Virus record (IMG/VR): IMGVR_UViG_2883489344_000002
Source of the DNA: a virus
Taxonomy: Duplodnaviria > Heunggongvirae > Uroviricota > Caudoviricetes
Strand: one strand, 5' to 3'
Length of the DNA: 64,000 bases
The translations under genes were made by a program, and so were the position numbers. Under the pieces are notes generated by a model. That model had not been told where the DNA came from, did no database searches, and worked only from the letters and a program-made list of their open reading frames with translations. This document shows, piece by piece, positions 8,949 to 18,283 of the stretch. Within the stretch, counting starts at the first letter, position 1, and the number at the start of each line of letters is the position of its first letter.

Positions 8949-9617
8949 ATGAACCAGCCTAAAAAATGGGTTTTTACAGAGCTTGTCCAAGACGCTGATA
9001 ATCCAGAACAATTAATAGCTTATGCGATATATAAAGCGGATAAAGACGAACTGGCTAAGAAGTGCCGTCAAAGAAATAAAAGTGAAGATGATATTGGTAT
9101 CGAGTTAGAACGGTTTCATGATAATCTCGCGGATTCAGACCGGCGGCTAGCTGAATATAAACGCCGTGCAAATCAAGTAGTAGAAGGTTTGGTCAGGGGG
9201 GTGGACAGCAGGGTAAGAGCAGAACTTGAAGCGCGTGAAAATGCTCATATAAGACACTTGGAACAACAACTTATTTCAGTTCAGAATGAATTAACGAGAG
9301 CTGAAGAGACAGCCCTAAAAAAATGGACAGAACAGGCCCATAACTATAGCGCGCATCTTAATAAACCGCCAACTTGGAAAGCTGTAGCTAAATGGATCGG
9401 TCTGTGGCTAATTTCTGGAATACCTGGTTTGTTCGCAACGGTAATCACGACTATCATATTGGTTGGGCTTGTTTCCTTATTTACTACTAATGCACTTCAG
9501 TCAACTAAAGAAGCTCTAAAAGCTAGTCTGGATGTACTGATGGTAGATCATGGGGGAGTGCCGACAGGAAATATCAATGATTCTGACTCAGTATTAAATG
9601 AAAAAAAGAATCAATAA
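8949..9617 (+). CDS. membrane-anchored coiled-coil protein (222 aa)
   Basis: Cytoplasmic coiled-coil N-terminal part and a C-terminal TM segment (WIGLWLISGIPGLFATVITTIILVGLVSLF). Lower GC than the backbone. Confidence 0.5.
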   Translation: MNQPKKWVFTELVQDADNPEQLIAYAIYKADKDELAKKCRQRNKSEDDIGIELERFHDNLADSDRRLAEYKRRANQVVEGLVRGVDSRVRAELEARENAHIRHLEQQLISVQNELTRAEETALKKWTEQAHNYSAHLNKPPTWKAVAKWIGLWLISGIPGLFATVITTIILVGLVSLFTTNALQSTKEALKASLDVLMVDHGGVPTGNINDSDSVLNEKKNQ

Positions 9618-9632
9618 ATTCCAAACTATAAA

Positions 9633-9656
9633 GCCTCAAGTCGAGGGTTTTTTTAT
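9633..9656 (+). terminator. putative terminator
   Basis: CCTC-AAGT-CGAGG hairpin followed by TTTTTTT. Confidence 0.45.
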
Positions 9657-9722
9657 ACTTTCGGGGAATGACCTATCTTGACGTGTTGTTAATGCATAAA
9701 AAACTTACTAAGGTGAAATGCG

Positions 9723-10047
9723 ATGACCGATCATTTAAAAGCCATATATGAAATGACCCGGCGCTACAATAAATTAGGGGTAGTTTCTAATGAAGTTTTT
9801 GGTAGCATTGAGATAAGCATGAAGGCTCGTGAGCTTAAAGAAAAAATGCCTAATCTCCGTCCTATGGACGAAGAGCAAATCAAGGCCGTTCGAAACCGCT
9901 ACGGTATGTCTTAGTCTGCACTGGCTATTACAATCGGTATAACCGTTGAAAACGTATCAAAATGGGAACGCAATGAAGGCAAGCCTGGTGGTGCCGCATT
10001 ACGCATCCTTAACACGTTGGAGGCCAAAGGTTCCAGCGTTTTTGTAT
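9723..10047 (+). pseudogene. XRE-family HTH DNA-binding protein interrupted by an in-frame TAG at 9912-9914
   Basis: The N-terminal 63-aa ORF continues in the same frame after the TAG into a canonical HTH (SALAITIGITVENVSKWERNEGKPGGAALRIL). The combined product would be about 108 aa. Confidence 0.5.
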
Positions 10048-10147
10048 AGACAATTTAAGAGCGCGACAAATCAAAAAAATAAATCAGCACTTCGCCTATA
10101 AATAATTTATGTTATTTATGAGAGAGCTTGAGATAAAGAATTTGAGC

Positions 10148-11236
10148 CTAATTTTCAGAGGCTTCCTTATCGAAAAATAGATTTTTATATCTTGACAAAA
10201 TACCTGGTGGAGCCATTGATTTAATTATTTTAATATGGGGCAATATCGATAAGAAAATCTGCTGGCCTTCAGTGCTTTTAGCACCAATGTACTTTCTAAT
10301 AAATTCATTCTCATCTATGATCCCTATCAAGAACTTGTAAACTTCTTTTCTTTCAATCAATATTCCAGAATCAAATATTTCATCTAAAGTTCTTATTAAC
10401 TTGCGAAGCTGGTATTCAAGTGAAGCAAGTCTTTTCCCGTTAAATTCCATAATATCAGATGTTGATTTTCCATTGTTCACCCCGTTGATTTCTAATTTTT
10501 CCAAATAATCACGCTCTTGCTGGGTAAATAATTCTCGTAAAGATAAAAAGGATTCGTATGTTTCGTCGTCATTGTGTTGGCTTATTATATAATCTAGTAT
10601 GCGTACTGCCTTTTGGGATTTTACATAGACGGAACTAATTATCGCGGTCTGTGCATTGTACTCATTTTGCAATTGAGATATCTGCTCTTCAAGATTTTTT
10701 TTAGAATTGTTTAACTTATCAAGTTCATCTTTAGCGTTGTCTATTCCCATTCGCGCTAGCTCTTGTTTTTCTTTTTCTCGTTCAATTTTTGTGTTGTTTA
10801 TCTCAGCCTGAAGAGCAAGCGCTGCTTTTGCGGCCATATTTGAATGCTCATCGGCTACAGATGCATCTGCTTTTTTTTGAGACAAAAGTATTTGTTTGTC
10901 TAAAATATTACCTTCAGCTTCAATTTCTTTTTTTAACTTATGATTGGCCGCCCAAGTTTGCAACCAATCAATGCCCATTTGCAAGTATGGATATGCAATT
11001 GCTAATATCAAACCCCACAGTATCGGCTGAAAAAATCTTTGTGAGTAATAGCTGGGTTCATTTAAAATGGCAGCAATGCGCTGCTCAATGCTGCTTTTGC
11101 TCAATGCTAATATAAGAATCGCGTCCCAATTTTTTACTAAGAAACTCAAGGCAACAAAACCAAATATTGGGCTTGTAAGCCTATGCTTAACCGCTTCTTT
11201 GATTGATTCTTTAAGCTCTTCCATACGAACTCCCAC
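10148..11236 (-). CDS. AT-rich membrane-anchored coiled-coil protein (362 aa), possible exclusion/abortive-infection factor
   Basis: About 30-35% GC in a GC-rich genome. Two N-terminal TM segments, a long coiled coil, and a C-terminal domain with no recognisable motif. Confidence 0.5.
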   Translation of the reverse strand: MGVRMEELKESIKEAVKHRLTSPIFGFVALSFLVKNWDAILILALSKSSIEQRIAAILNEPSYYSQRFFQPILWGLILAIAYPYLQMGIDWLQTWAANHKLKKEIEAEGNILDKQILLSQKKADASVADEHSNMAAKAALALQAEINNTKIEREKEKQELARMGIDNAKDELDKLNNSKKNLEEQISQLQNEYNAQTAIISSVYVKSQKAVRILDYIISQHNDDETYESFLSLRELFTQQERDYLEKLEINGVNNGKSTSDIMEFNGKRLASLEYQLRKLIRTLDEIFDSGILIERKEVYKFLIGIIDENEFIRKYIGAKSTEGQQIFLSILPHIKIIKSMAPPGILSRYKNLFFDKEASEN

Positions 11237-11326
11237 AAATATTTCAAAATGCGGCCTTTACACCATTGCAGATGATCATGGGAGTTTACTACTTCTAAGA
11301 AAAAGAATCCTCTTTGCAAAAGTTTT

Positions 11327-12130
11327 TTATGATTTAGGGAACAGTCCCAATATAAAAGAGCGATAGTAATCCGACTCTTCCCTATGCTCTTCTTGTAGAC
11401 TCTCTAGTTGGCTACGATTAGCATTGGCCGCGTCCAGCGCAGACAGCCTAATCCGCTTTACCCCAGGTTCTTCACAGATCGCCCTAAATGCGCCCCCAGC
11501 ACTCACAGGGACGCCTGAAACAAGTAAGGGCTGCCCTGGCATCATCGCAGCCCTCAACGCCTCCAGAAAGCCATTGGTGCAGTGCTCAGCACCGTCCACG
11601 AAGACGAATGAGGTGCACCCCTTGAGAGAAGCCAATTTCGCCTCTGTGAACTCCTGGGGGTTGAGCCACTCAATACGGCGGGCTGGCGTGCAGTCAAGAT
11701 GCACGGCATGGGCGCTGAATGTCAGGTGTCGGGTCAGCACCGGGTAAAGCTGGGCTACCTGGATCAGGAGTGACTCGATGGTGCTCCAGGTACGCATATA
11801 GGGGGAAACAACATAGGCGCGGCCGTAGTAGCAGCACAGCATTGACCACACTGCCAGCGCTGCCGCCGGCGCGTGAATGGGCGCTCGCTCCCCATGGGTC
11901 ACGGCAATGTATTTTTCAGCGCTATACCCTGTGAGCCGCTCCATGGCTGGCATGATGTCGGCCGGGAACGTGAGGCGCATCTCTTGGCAAAAAGCAGGGA
12001 AGGGCTGCACAAGCATCGCATCCAGGTTGCCTATGTTGAAAGTGGCGAACTCCGCCCGGGCGCGCTCATGCTGTGCGGTGATGCCAGGCTTGAACATGGG
12101 GATCGTAGTGTTGAGACTATGGCTTGGCAT
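11327..12130 (-). CDS. hypothetical protein (267 aa) downstream of the methyltransferase
   Basis: ORF with a possible Walker-B-like FVFVDGAE segment. Function unknown. Confidence 0.45.
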   Translation of the reverse strand: MPSHSLNTTIPMFKPGITAQHERARAEFATFNIGNLDAMLVQPFPAFCQEMRLTFPADIMPAMERLTGYSAEKYIAVTHGERAPIHAPAAALAVWSMLCCYYGRAYVVSPYMRTWSTIESLLIQVAQLYPVLTRHLTFSAHAVHLDCTPARRIEWLNPQEFTEAKLASLKGCTSFVFVDGAEHCTNGFLEALRAAMMPGQPLLVSGVPVSAGGAFRAICEEPGVKRIRLSALDAANANRSQLESLQEEHREESDYYRSFILGLFPKS

Positions 12131-12171
12131 GGTTTTCCGGGATAGGGCGGCCGGCGCGCGGCCGCTGGTGG

Positions 12172-14238
12172 TTAGAGGATGGCAATGATGTCGTGGACGC
12201 TGCCGCGTGTATCGCTGGCGCAGCTAATGGCGCGCCGTGCCACCAGCCCGCGCAGGGTGAAGCCCCGCGCTAGGTAGAGAGACATCACTTTTGGGGCGCT
12301 GCTATTGGTGATCACCACGCGCGCGCCGCGCCCGTGCGCCGCCAAAAGGTGATCGACCAGGGTTACCTGATCCTCATACGTGAAGCCATGCTCAGTGTAG
12401 GAGGTGAAGTTGCCTTCGCCTGGCATTGGCTCATAGGGCGGATCGCAAAAAATGACATCCCCCGCGCCGGCCTGGGCTATCGTCTCCTGGAAAGGCGCAC
12501 AGATAAACTCTCGCCGCGCACTGCTTCCAACAAAGTGATCCAGCTCCGCCGCCGGGAAGTAGCTTCCGGCCTTTTTGTTCCAGCCCACGTTAAACATCCC
12601 TTTGCGGTTATAGCGGCTCAGGCCATTAAAGCAGGTGCGGTTAAGCGCCAGGAACAGCGCCGCGTGGCGCGCCGGATTGGCCAGCCGCGCGTTAAACTCC
12701 TCACGCAGGGCAAGATAGGCCTCGTTGCTATCGCAGTCTGCCACTAACTTAGACGCGGCCGGGATAATGGCTCCTGGATAGTCAGACAGATGCTGGTAGA
12801 GGTTGATAAGGTCTGGGTTGATGTCAGCCAGCAGGCAGCGCTCAAAGCCGGCATTCATAAAGACCGAACCTGCTCCCACAAAAGGCTCTACCAGCCGCTG
12901 GCCAGTGCCCAGGGCGGGCAGCAGCGCGTCAAGGACGGAATATTTCCCACCCGCCCATTTCAGGAAGGGGCGCACCCGTACTGCACCCTCAATTGAGGGC
13001 GCGGCAGGCTGCATCACAGCGTTACTCACATTTTCCAAAATTCGTTGTCCTATCCAGTGCATAACAGGCACCGCCATGGAGTTACCCACTGCTTTGTAGC
13101 GGGGCGCATCAGGGCAGCTCTCGGCGGGCTTGCCTTTGAAGGGGATCATGGAGTGTCCATCAGGGAAGCCTTGCAACCTCTCACATTCCACGGGTCGAAG
13201 CCGGCGCACATGCTGACTGATCAGCGCGTGGGCTTTGTTGGAGCCGCCGCTGCCCGTACTTAAACAGTTGGCCACCTCCTCACCCAGCTCGGCAGTGGTG
13301 CCGCCCTCGCGGCCGCGCATCGATACCGCGCGGACAGGCATCACGGCGTGTACGTCTGTTCGGGTCAGGGTATGGCTTACCTCGGGCTTGTCGATCCCTA
13401 ATTGGTTTCCGCCGTTGCGTCCGGTACGGTTAATGACGTTGCCGGCAATGCTATAGGATGGGGCGTTATCCCATTCAATAGCGCTGCCTTCAGCTCCGGT
13501 GGCAACGGTCGCCCCCGGGACTCGGCTCGGCGGACTATCGAGGCGCAGGCTGTCGAACTCAAATAATACTTCTGCGGGATCGAGGTCTTCTCTAGCACTT
13601 GCGACAACAAACACACGGCGGCGGCGTTGTGCCACTCCGAAGTATTGGGCATCGAGGGTGCGCCAGGCGATCCGGCGCTGCTGGCCATAAACACAACCCG
13701 AGAGTGGCCACTTTGGAATGTGATCACCGGCGGGCTTGCTCCAGCGCCAGTAGGCGGTGCTCTTTCCTGGCTCAGGTTGCTCACCAGGTGTAAGCGGTTG
13801 AGCTTCTCCAGCCAAGCCGGCCAGGAAGCAGCCGAAGGCGTTGCTGCCATCGGAGAGGACGCCTGGGACGTTCTCCCAGACGATAACGGCGGGGGGCTTT
13901 CCAGCGGCGGCGCGCTGGTGGTCGATTTCATTGGCTAACTCCACGTATTTCAGGGTTAGCTGTCCGCGCTCATCCTCCAGGCCAGTACCCAGCCCGGCCA
14001 CCGAGAAGGCCTGGCAGGGCGTACCGCCCACCAGCAGGTCTGGCGCGGGAACGTTTCCGGCCTGCACCCGGCCGGCGATGGTGGTCATATCGCCCAGGTT
14101 GGGGACATCTGGCCAGTGGTGAGCCAGAACAGCGGAGGGGAAGGGGTCAATCTCAGAAAACCACGCCGCCCGGAAGCCCAGCGGCTCCCAGGCGACGGAT
14201 GCAGCTTCAATGCCGCTGCATACCGAGCCGTAGATCAT
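12172..14238 (-). CDS. bifunctional DNA methyltransferase: N-terminal C5-cytosine MTase fused to a C-terminal Dam-like N6-adenine MTase (688 aa)
   Basis: C5 motifs are present: CSGIEA (motif I), GGTPCQAFSVAG (motif IV), ENV, and RLQGFPD. The C-terminal half has Dam motifs PFLKWAGGK and DPPY. This matches the P1 Dmt concept. Confidence 0.75.
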   Translation of the reverse strand: MIYGSVCSGIEAASVAWEPLGFRAAWFSEIDPFPSAVLAHHWPDVPNLGDMTTIAGRVQAGNVPAPDLLVGGTPCQAFSVAGLGTGLEDERGQLTLKYVELANEIDHQRAAAGKPPAVIVWENVPGVLSDGSNAFGCFLAGLAGEAQPLTPGEQPEPGKSTAYWRWSKPAGDHIPKWPLSGCVYGQQRRIAWRTLDAQYFGVAQRRRRVFVVASAREDLDPAEVLFEFDSLRLDSPPSRVPGATVATGAEGSAIEWDNAPSYSIAGNVINRTGRNGGNQLGIDKPEVSHTLTRTDVHAVMPVRAVSMRGREGGTTAELGEEVANCLSTGSGGSNKAHALISQHVRRLRPVECERLQGFPDGHSMIPFKGKPAESCPDAPRYKAVGNSMAVPVMHWIGQRILENVSNAVMQPAAPSIEGAVRVRPFLKWAGGKYSVLDALLPALGTGQRLVEPFVGAGSVFMNAGFERCLLADINPDLINLYQHLSDYPGAIIPAASKLVADCDSNEAYLALREEFNARLANPARHAALFLALNRTCFNGLSRYNRKGMFNVGWNKKAGSYFPAAELDHFVGSSARREFICAPFQETIAQAGAGDVIFCDPPYEPMPGEGNFTSYTEHGFTYEDQVTLVDHLLAAHGRGARVVITNSSAPKVMSLYLARGFTLRGLVARRAISCASDTRGSVHDIIAIL

Positions 14239-14822
14239 GGTTTTTTGCCTGCCTGCCGGGTTTTCATGGCCATTTTATCCGGGGAGGCGGAAATGCCCAG
14301 GCACCAGACAGCATCTGCTGGGAATACGCCCTGGCGCGGCAGGGCACAATAGCGGGTAGGCAGGGCGGCCACAGCGCCCGGTGCGCCGGTAGTCACCCCA
14401 TGGAATGCCAGCTCATCGGTCACGTCGCACGTCTTAACGTACTCCGCCCACGCATCCACCAGCCGGACAGACACTGGGGTACGGCGGATAGAGAGGACGC
14501 ACACATGCCAATTGCGCGGCATGGTCTGGTGAGGCACGGCCAGCACCGGGGCGGCGCTGTCATGCGCCAGGCACAGCGCCGGCAGTTGGCGTAACTCACC
14601 GTCACAGTCCACCCAAATGATGTGCTCATGCTTGGCCAGCATCTCCTGGATAAACGTCGCCTTCATGGCGGTGTTTTTGTTCCAGTTGCCCCGGCTTGCA
14701 CGGGGCTGGATGTCATAGGCAAGCCCCAGCTCATCACACCGGCGGATCAGCGCCTGCGCGCGCGAGGCGTATTCCCATTCTGGGGTGTAAAACGAGACGA
14801 TAACGGGGATAGGCCGGCTCAT
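14235..14822 (-). CDS. small GT-A-like (DxD) putative nucleotide-sugar transferase, translationally coupled to the MTase
   Basis: HIIWVDCDGE hydrophobic-DxD motif. The ATGA overlap with the MTase start links the two genes. Confidence 0.35.
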   Translation of the reverse strand: MSRPIPVIVSFYTPEWEYASRAQALIRRCDELGLAYDIQPRASRGNWNKNTAMKATFIQEMLAKHEHIIWVDCDGELRQLPALCLAHDSAAPVLAVPHQTMPRNWHVCVLSIRRTPVSVRLVDAWAEYVKTCDVTDELAFHGVTTGAPGAVAALPTRYCALPRQGVFPADAVWCLGISASPDKMAMKTRQAGKKP

Positions 14823-15382
14823 GTCGGTTTACGTCCTCCAGACGTGATAGGATTTGCGGCGACCCTCTGGCGCGCATCCTCCATCACAATGGCACGCTCG
14901 ATTGAGACGCGCGCCTCACGCAGATCCTTCAGACGGTCTTTATGCCCACGCTGGCCGGGCATCATCAGCTTTTTCAGCGCATGTTGTGTCGCGCTGCACG
15001 TCACCGACCAAGCTTCCAGAATGTCGTAAATATCGATCACCACGCCTTTTACTTCACGATGGTATCGACTTGGCAGCTCAGGCATGGCTGGCGCTGGTTT
15101 TGAAGGCGTTGGGTGGCAGTGCGAAAAATGTTTATGGGTGGACATTGCCAGGCGCGAAACCATGCCCCTGAAATTTGTTACCACCTCGCCGGGCGGCAGC
15201 ACTACAACGTGGCGACGGTAGTCGTTACACGATGCGCCCGTTTTATACAGACTGAAAGTAAGCACGTTAGGAAGGGAGCCTGATTCAATGACGCAGCACA
15301 TCTCGTCTTTCTGCCACATACCCAAAGGACAGAAACGGTCTGCCAGAGACAAGGCACGTTCGAAGTTTTCTTCGATATTCAT
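14819..15382 (-). CDS. hypothetical protein (187 aa)
   Basis: ORF coupled (4-nt overlaps) between rdgC and the GT-like gene. Confidence 0.45.
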   Translation of the reverse strand: MNIEENFERALSLADRFCPLGMWQKDEMCCVIESGSLPNVLTFSLYKTGASCNDYRRHVVVLPPGEVVTNFRGMVSRLAMSTHKHFSHCHPTPSKPAPAMPELPSRYHREVKGVVIDIYDILEAWSVTCSATQHALKKLMMPGQRGHKDRLKDLREARVSIERAIVMEDARQRVAANPITSGGRKPT

Positions 15383-16293
15383 CGTTGCGCCACCCCGCCC
15401 AGGGCTTCAGTCAGCTGATTTGTTACCTGGAACAGCTCATCAGCCACCAGCTCAATATCTGCGGCACGGCGCTGGTGGGCTTCCTCGCGGTCGATATCAT
15501 CATTCTGCCCGATCAGCTCATCGGCAAATGAGAGGCCTGACAATGCGCCAGAGTCACTGACCACCAGCCACACGCGATCTTGCCAGTTAAGCTCGAGGCG
15601 GGTTACCAGCTTGCCAGCATCGATCATGGCCTGGATTTCGTCTGATGCGAGGTCTTGCTTGGTCACCTTGGCCGCGCCGCCGTCAGCGAGAAGTGCTTGC
15701 AGCTCCGCGCGCTCGCCCAGCGTCCAGCCAGCTGGAGCTGAAGCGGTCTTGACCCACTCGGTGAGCGTCAGCTCAATGGGGCTTTCCATCGTCAGAGGAA
15801 CAACCGGCAGTGAGCCAAGCGCCTTACGGATCAGCGCCAGCGCATCTTCTGCTTTCTTGGCCGGGGCATTCACAAATACGCGCATGTTTTGGATATCGAA
15901 CAGCACCAGTGTTTGTGAATAACCCGAAAACGCGCGCGGCAGCAGGGAGTGGATCACCTCATCTTTCAGGCTCTCTTTCTCGCTCTTCTTCAGGCGGCGG
16001 TTCTGCTCGACCTCCAGGGTTTCGACCCGGCTGGCCAGGGCAGTTTTCACCACGGCACCCGGGAGCATCTTCTTTTCATGCTTGATGGCCACCAGCAGGA
16101 AACCATTGCCAGCTTGCACCAGCTCATCATCCGGGCTGAAGGTCAGCGGACTGATAAAGCCACTGCGCGCCATGTCCTGGGATGCACAGGGCGTAAAGCG
16201 GAATGCATCGAGCTGCTGTTGCATCTCGTCCTGGCTCAGGCCTACGTCGCGGCCAAGCTGGTAGATTGAGGCGGTGCGGAACTCCTTGAACAT
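15379..16293 (-). CDS. rdgC: recombination-associated protein RdgC homolog
   Basis: 304 aa. Collinear similarity to E. coli RdgC along its full length (FTPCASQDMA, SLKDEVIHSLLPRAF, KKAEDALALIRKALGSLPVVPL, EDIDREE, LGG.AQR). Confidence 0.8.
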   Translation of the reverse strand: MFKEFRTASIYQLGRDVGLSQDEMQQQLDAFRFTPCASQDMARSGFISPLTFSPDDELVQAGNGFLLVAIKHEKKMLPGAVVKTALASRVETLEVEQNRRLKKSEKESLKDEVIHSLLPRAFSGYSQTLVLFDIQNMRVFVNAPAKKAEDALALIRKALGSLPVVPLTMESPIELTLTEWVKTASAPAGWTLGERAELQALLADGGAAKVTKQDLASDEIQAMIDAGKLVTRLELNWQDRVWLVVSDSGALSGLSFADELIGQNDDIDREEAHQRRAADIELVADELFQVTNQLTEALGGVAQR

Positions 16294-16543
16294 CAGGCGG
16301 CCTCCACCAGCTCAACATTGAACGAGTTGCAGTTGATTTGGCGGAAGAAGTCGAAAGCACTCTGGGGGTGCGAGAAGTTGCGCGCGTGGCCGTCGCGGGT
16401 GCCTAACACAAAGCTGGTGCCCTGTTGGTTAATGGCTACAACCTGGCAGCGCTCGCGGGTCGCCCTGATAAAGACATCGACCGCCGGATCATTAACGAGT
16501 TGGTCAATAAACTGGTGGCGGGTAACTACAATTTCGCTCATAC
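16293..16543 (-). CDS. hypothetical small protein (83 aa)
   Basis: Internal ATG with a GAGGTG SD. The longer annotated ORF lacks an RBS. Confidence 0.4.
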
Positions 16544-16626
16544 AAAGCACCTCACAGAAATAGTGAGGTGATTGTACTAAGTAACTGTTTAAAAGCGGTA
16601 ATCGTGTTTGTTGGTCTGGATGGGTA

Positions 16627-17283
16627 TCAGCCCTGCGCAACCGAAACTTTAGGTGCAGTAATGGACATGCTGCTGCTGGCCTTCAGGGTCATGGCACCGC
16701 CCGAGGCCAAGCTCATTGCGCCGGCCGCTTGGACGCTTAAGTCCCCATCTCCCTTAACCGTGACATTACCGGCAGCGTGGATGAATAGCGTGGCCTGTGA
16801 GGAGATATAGAGCTGCCCACTGTCGTTCATGCCCATAGTGGAGCCGCTCGCCTTATGCGTCACTGACCAGCTGCCCGAGGCGTTGCGGATCTCCAGCAGC
16901 CCGTTACGGTCGGACACATAATCCTTTGTGGCGGTGACCGTGCCGGCCGGCGGTGCACCCTCTACTGCCGGCGGGGAGTAGGCGGTGCCCTTTCCGGAGG
17001 CCTCGGCCGCCACGTTGGGGGTGCCACCAGCTGCATCGGCGGCTCTGCCTACTATGCGCGGGCGGGTACTGTCGCCGCTATAAGGGAAATCCACCCAGAC
17101 ATCATCCCCGGCGATCAGCGGCACAAACGCCCCGTCATCCGGTAGCAGGCGCTCCGCCCATGGGAGGCTGTCGGCCGGGATGCTATCCCATAGCCCCACC
17201 AGGCGCACGGAGACGCGGAGAAGCCCGTTAGGATCGGCCGTGCTGACCACTTTTGCGCGCTGCGGCGCGTTAATCTGTGCCAA
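16627..17283 (-). CDS. baseplate spike protein (gpV / Mu gp45-like)
   Basis: 218 aa. The N-terminal region fits the phage baseplate assembly protein V family. Gly/Ser-rich beta-helix-like C-terminal part. Confidence 0.5.
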   Translation of the reverse strand: MAQINAPQRAKVVSTADPNGLLRVSVRLVGLWDSIPADSLPWAERLLPDDGAFVPLIAGDDVWVDFPYSGDSTRPRIVGRAADAAGGTPNVAAEASGKGTAYSPPAVEGAPPAGTVTATKDYVSDRNGLLEIRNASGSWSVTHKASGSTMGMNDSGQLYISSQATLFIHAAGNVTVKGDGDLSVQAAGAMSLASGGAMTLKASSSMSITAPKVSVAQG

Positions 17284-18283
17284 ATGAAATCACTCCTAAA
17301 ACGGCGCGGCAGGTATAGCCGAAACGGTCTTCCTGATGGGTGACGCGCTCGACAATCATCTTTGTAGGGACGGACTCATCAAGCCCGCTGGTGGAATCGT
17401 AGGTATGAACCAGCACCTTGATGACCATGCCAGGGGTCAGGGCGGTGTTGCCGCTTACCTCCATGTCAAACTTGGGCAGCAGGTAGGTGGCCATGTTGTT
17501 CAATGCTGCCTGGTCATCGGCGCTCACCATTTTCACAGGCCAGCTCTCCTTACCGGCAGACAGCAGCCCACCCGTCAGGGAATAGGCCATATAGCGCACC
17601 TGGCGCGACGCGGCATAAACCTGATCCTGGTTGAGCTTGGCAAAGCGGGTGATCAGCAGCGTGGCCTTGGAGTTGTTCGCCTCATACGTCAGGGTTGGGC
17701 TGGCTCGGGATAGGGCGGCCATGCTCTTCACGTGGATAACGCCCCGGGATGACCAGCACAGTGCGCCGGCCTCTTGCGCCATGCGCGCCAGCACACTGGC
17801 CGGCGTCTGCCCCATGTTGAGGTGATACGTACCCAGCTTTTTGAAACTGTCCGCATCGACCTGGAGCGTACCGGCCAGCCCCTTGAGGATCACCGCCGGC
17901 TGTTTCTTCACAAAGAACTGCGGCTTGGGTGCCGGCTCCTTGAGGGCTTTCACCTTTTCGCTGAAGGCAATCACCTTTACCATGTCCGCCTCATGCGGAG
18001 CCTTGAGCACGGTAAAGGACTCGGTGAACGAGGTGTTGCCTTGCCCCTGGGGGTCGCCAAGGGAGCAGGTCAGGATGGAGCCATATTTCACGCCCAGGTT
18101 ATCAACCAGGTAGCCCGTGCTGTCGTGTATCTCCAGCTCCAGCTGGGGACCCGACAAGTCCGCCACCTCGATGTAAGTGCACCGGGCAATCATCGAGCGC
18201 GGGATCTCCGTGCCGTCCTTTGTCACGCTCTGCAAAAAGAGTTGTGTGCGCTTGCTGGTGGCGCTGCCGGCAGTGCCTGCCAT
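17270..18283 (-). CDS. baseplate hub protein (late control gene D / gpD-like)
   Basis: 337 aa. The position upstream of the gpV-like gene and the overall pattern match gpD/Mu gp44 family proteins. Confidence 0.45.
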   Translation of the reverse strand: MAGTAGSATSKRTQLFLQSVTKDGTEIPRSMIARCTYIEVADLSGPQLELEIHDSTGYLVDNLGVKYGSILTCSLGDPQGQGNTSFTESFTVLKAPHEADMVKVIAFSEKVKALKEPAPKPQFFVKKQPAVILKGLAGTLQVDADSFKKLGTYHLNMGQTPASVLARMAQEAGALCWSSRGVIHVKSMAALSRASPTLTYEANNSKATLLITRFAKLNQDQVYAASRQVRYMAYSLTGGLLSAGKESWPVKMVSADDQAALNNMATYLLPKFDMEVSGNTALTPGMVIKVLVHTYDSTSGLDESVPTKMIVERVTHQEDRFGYTCRAVLGVISFGTD

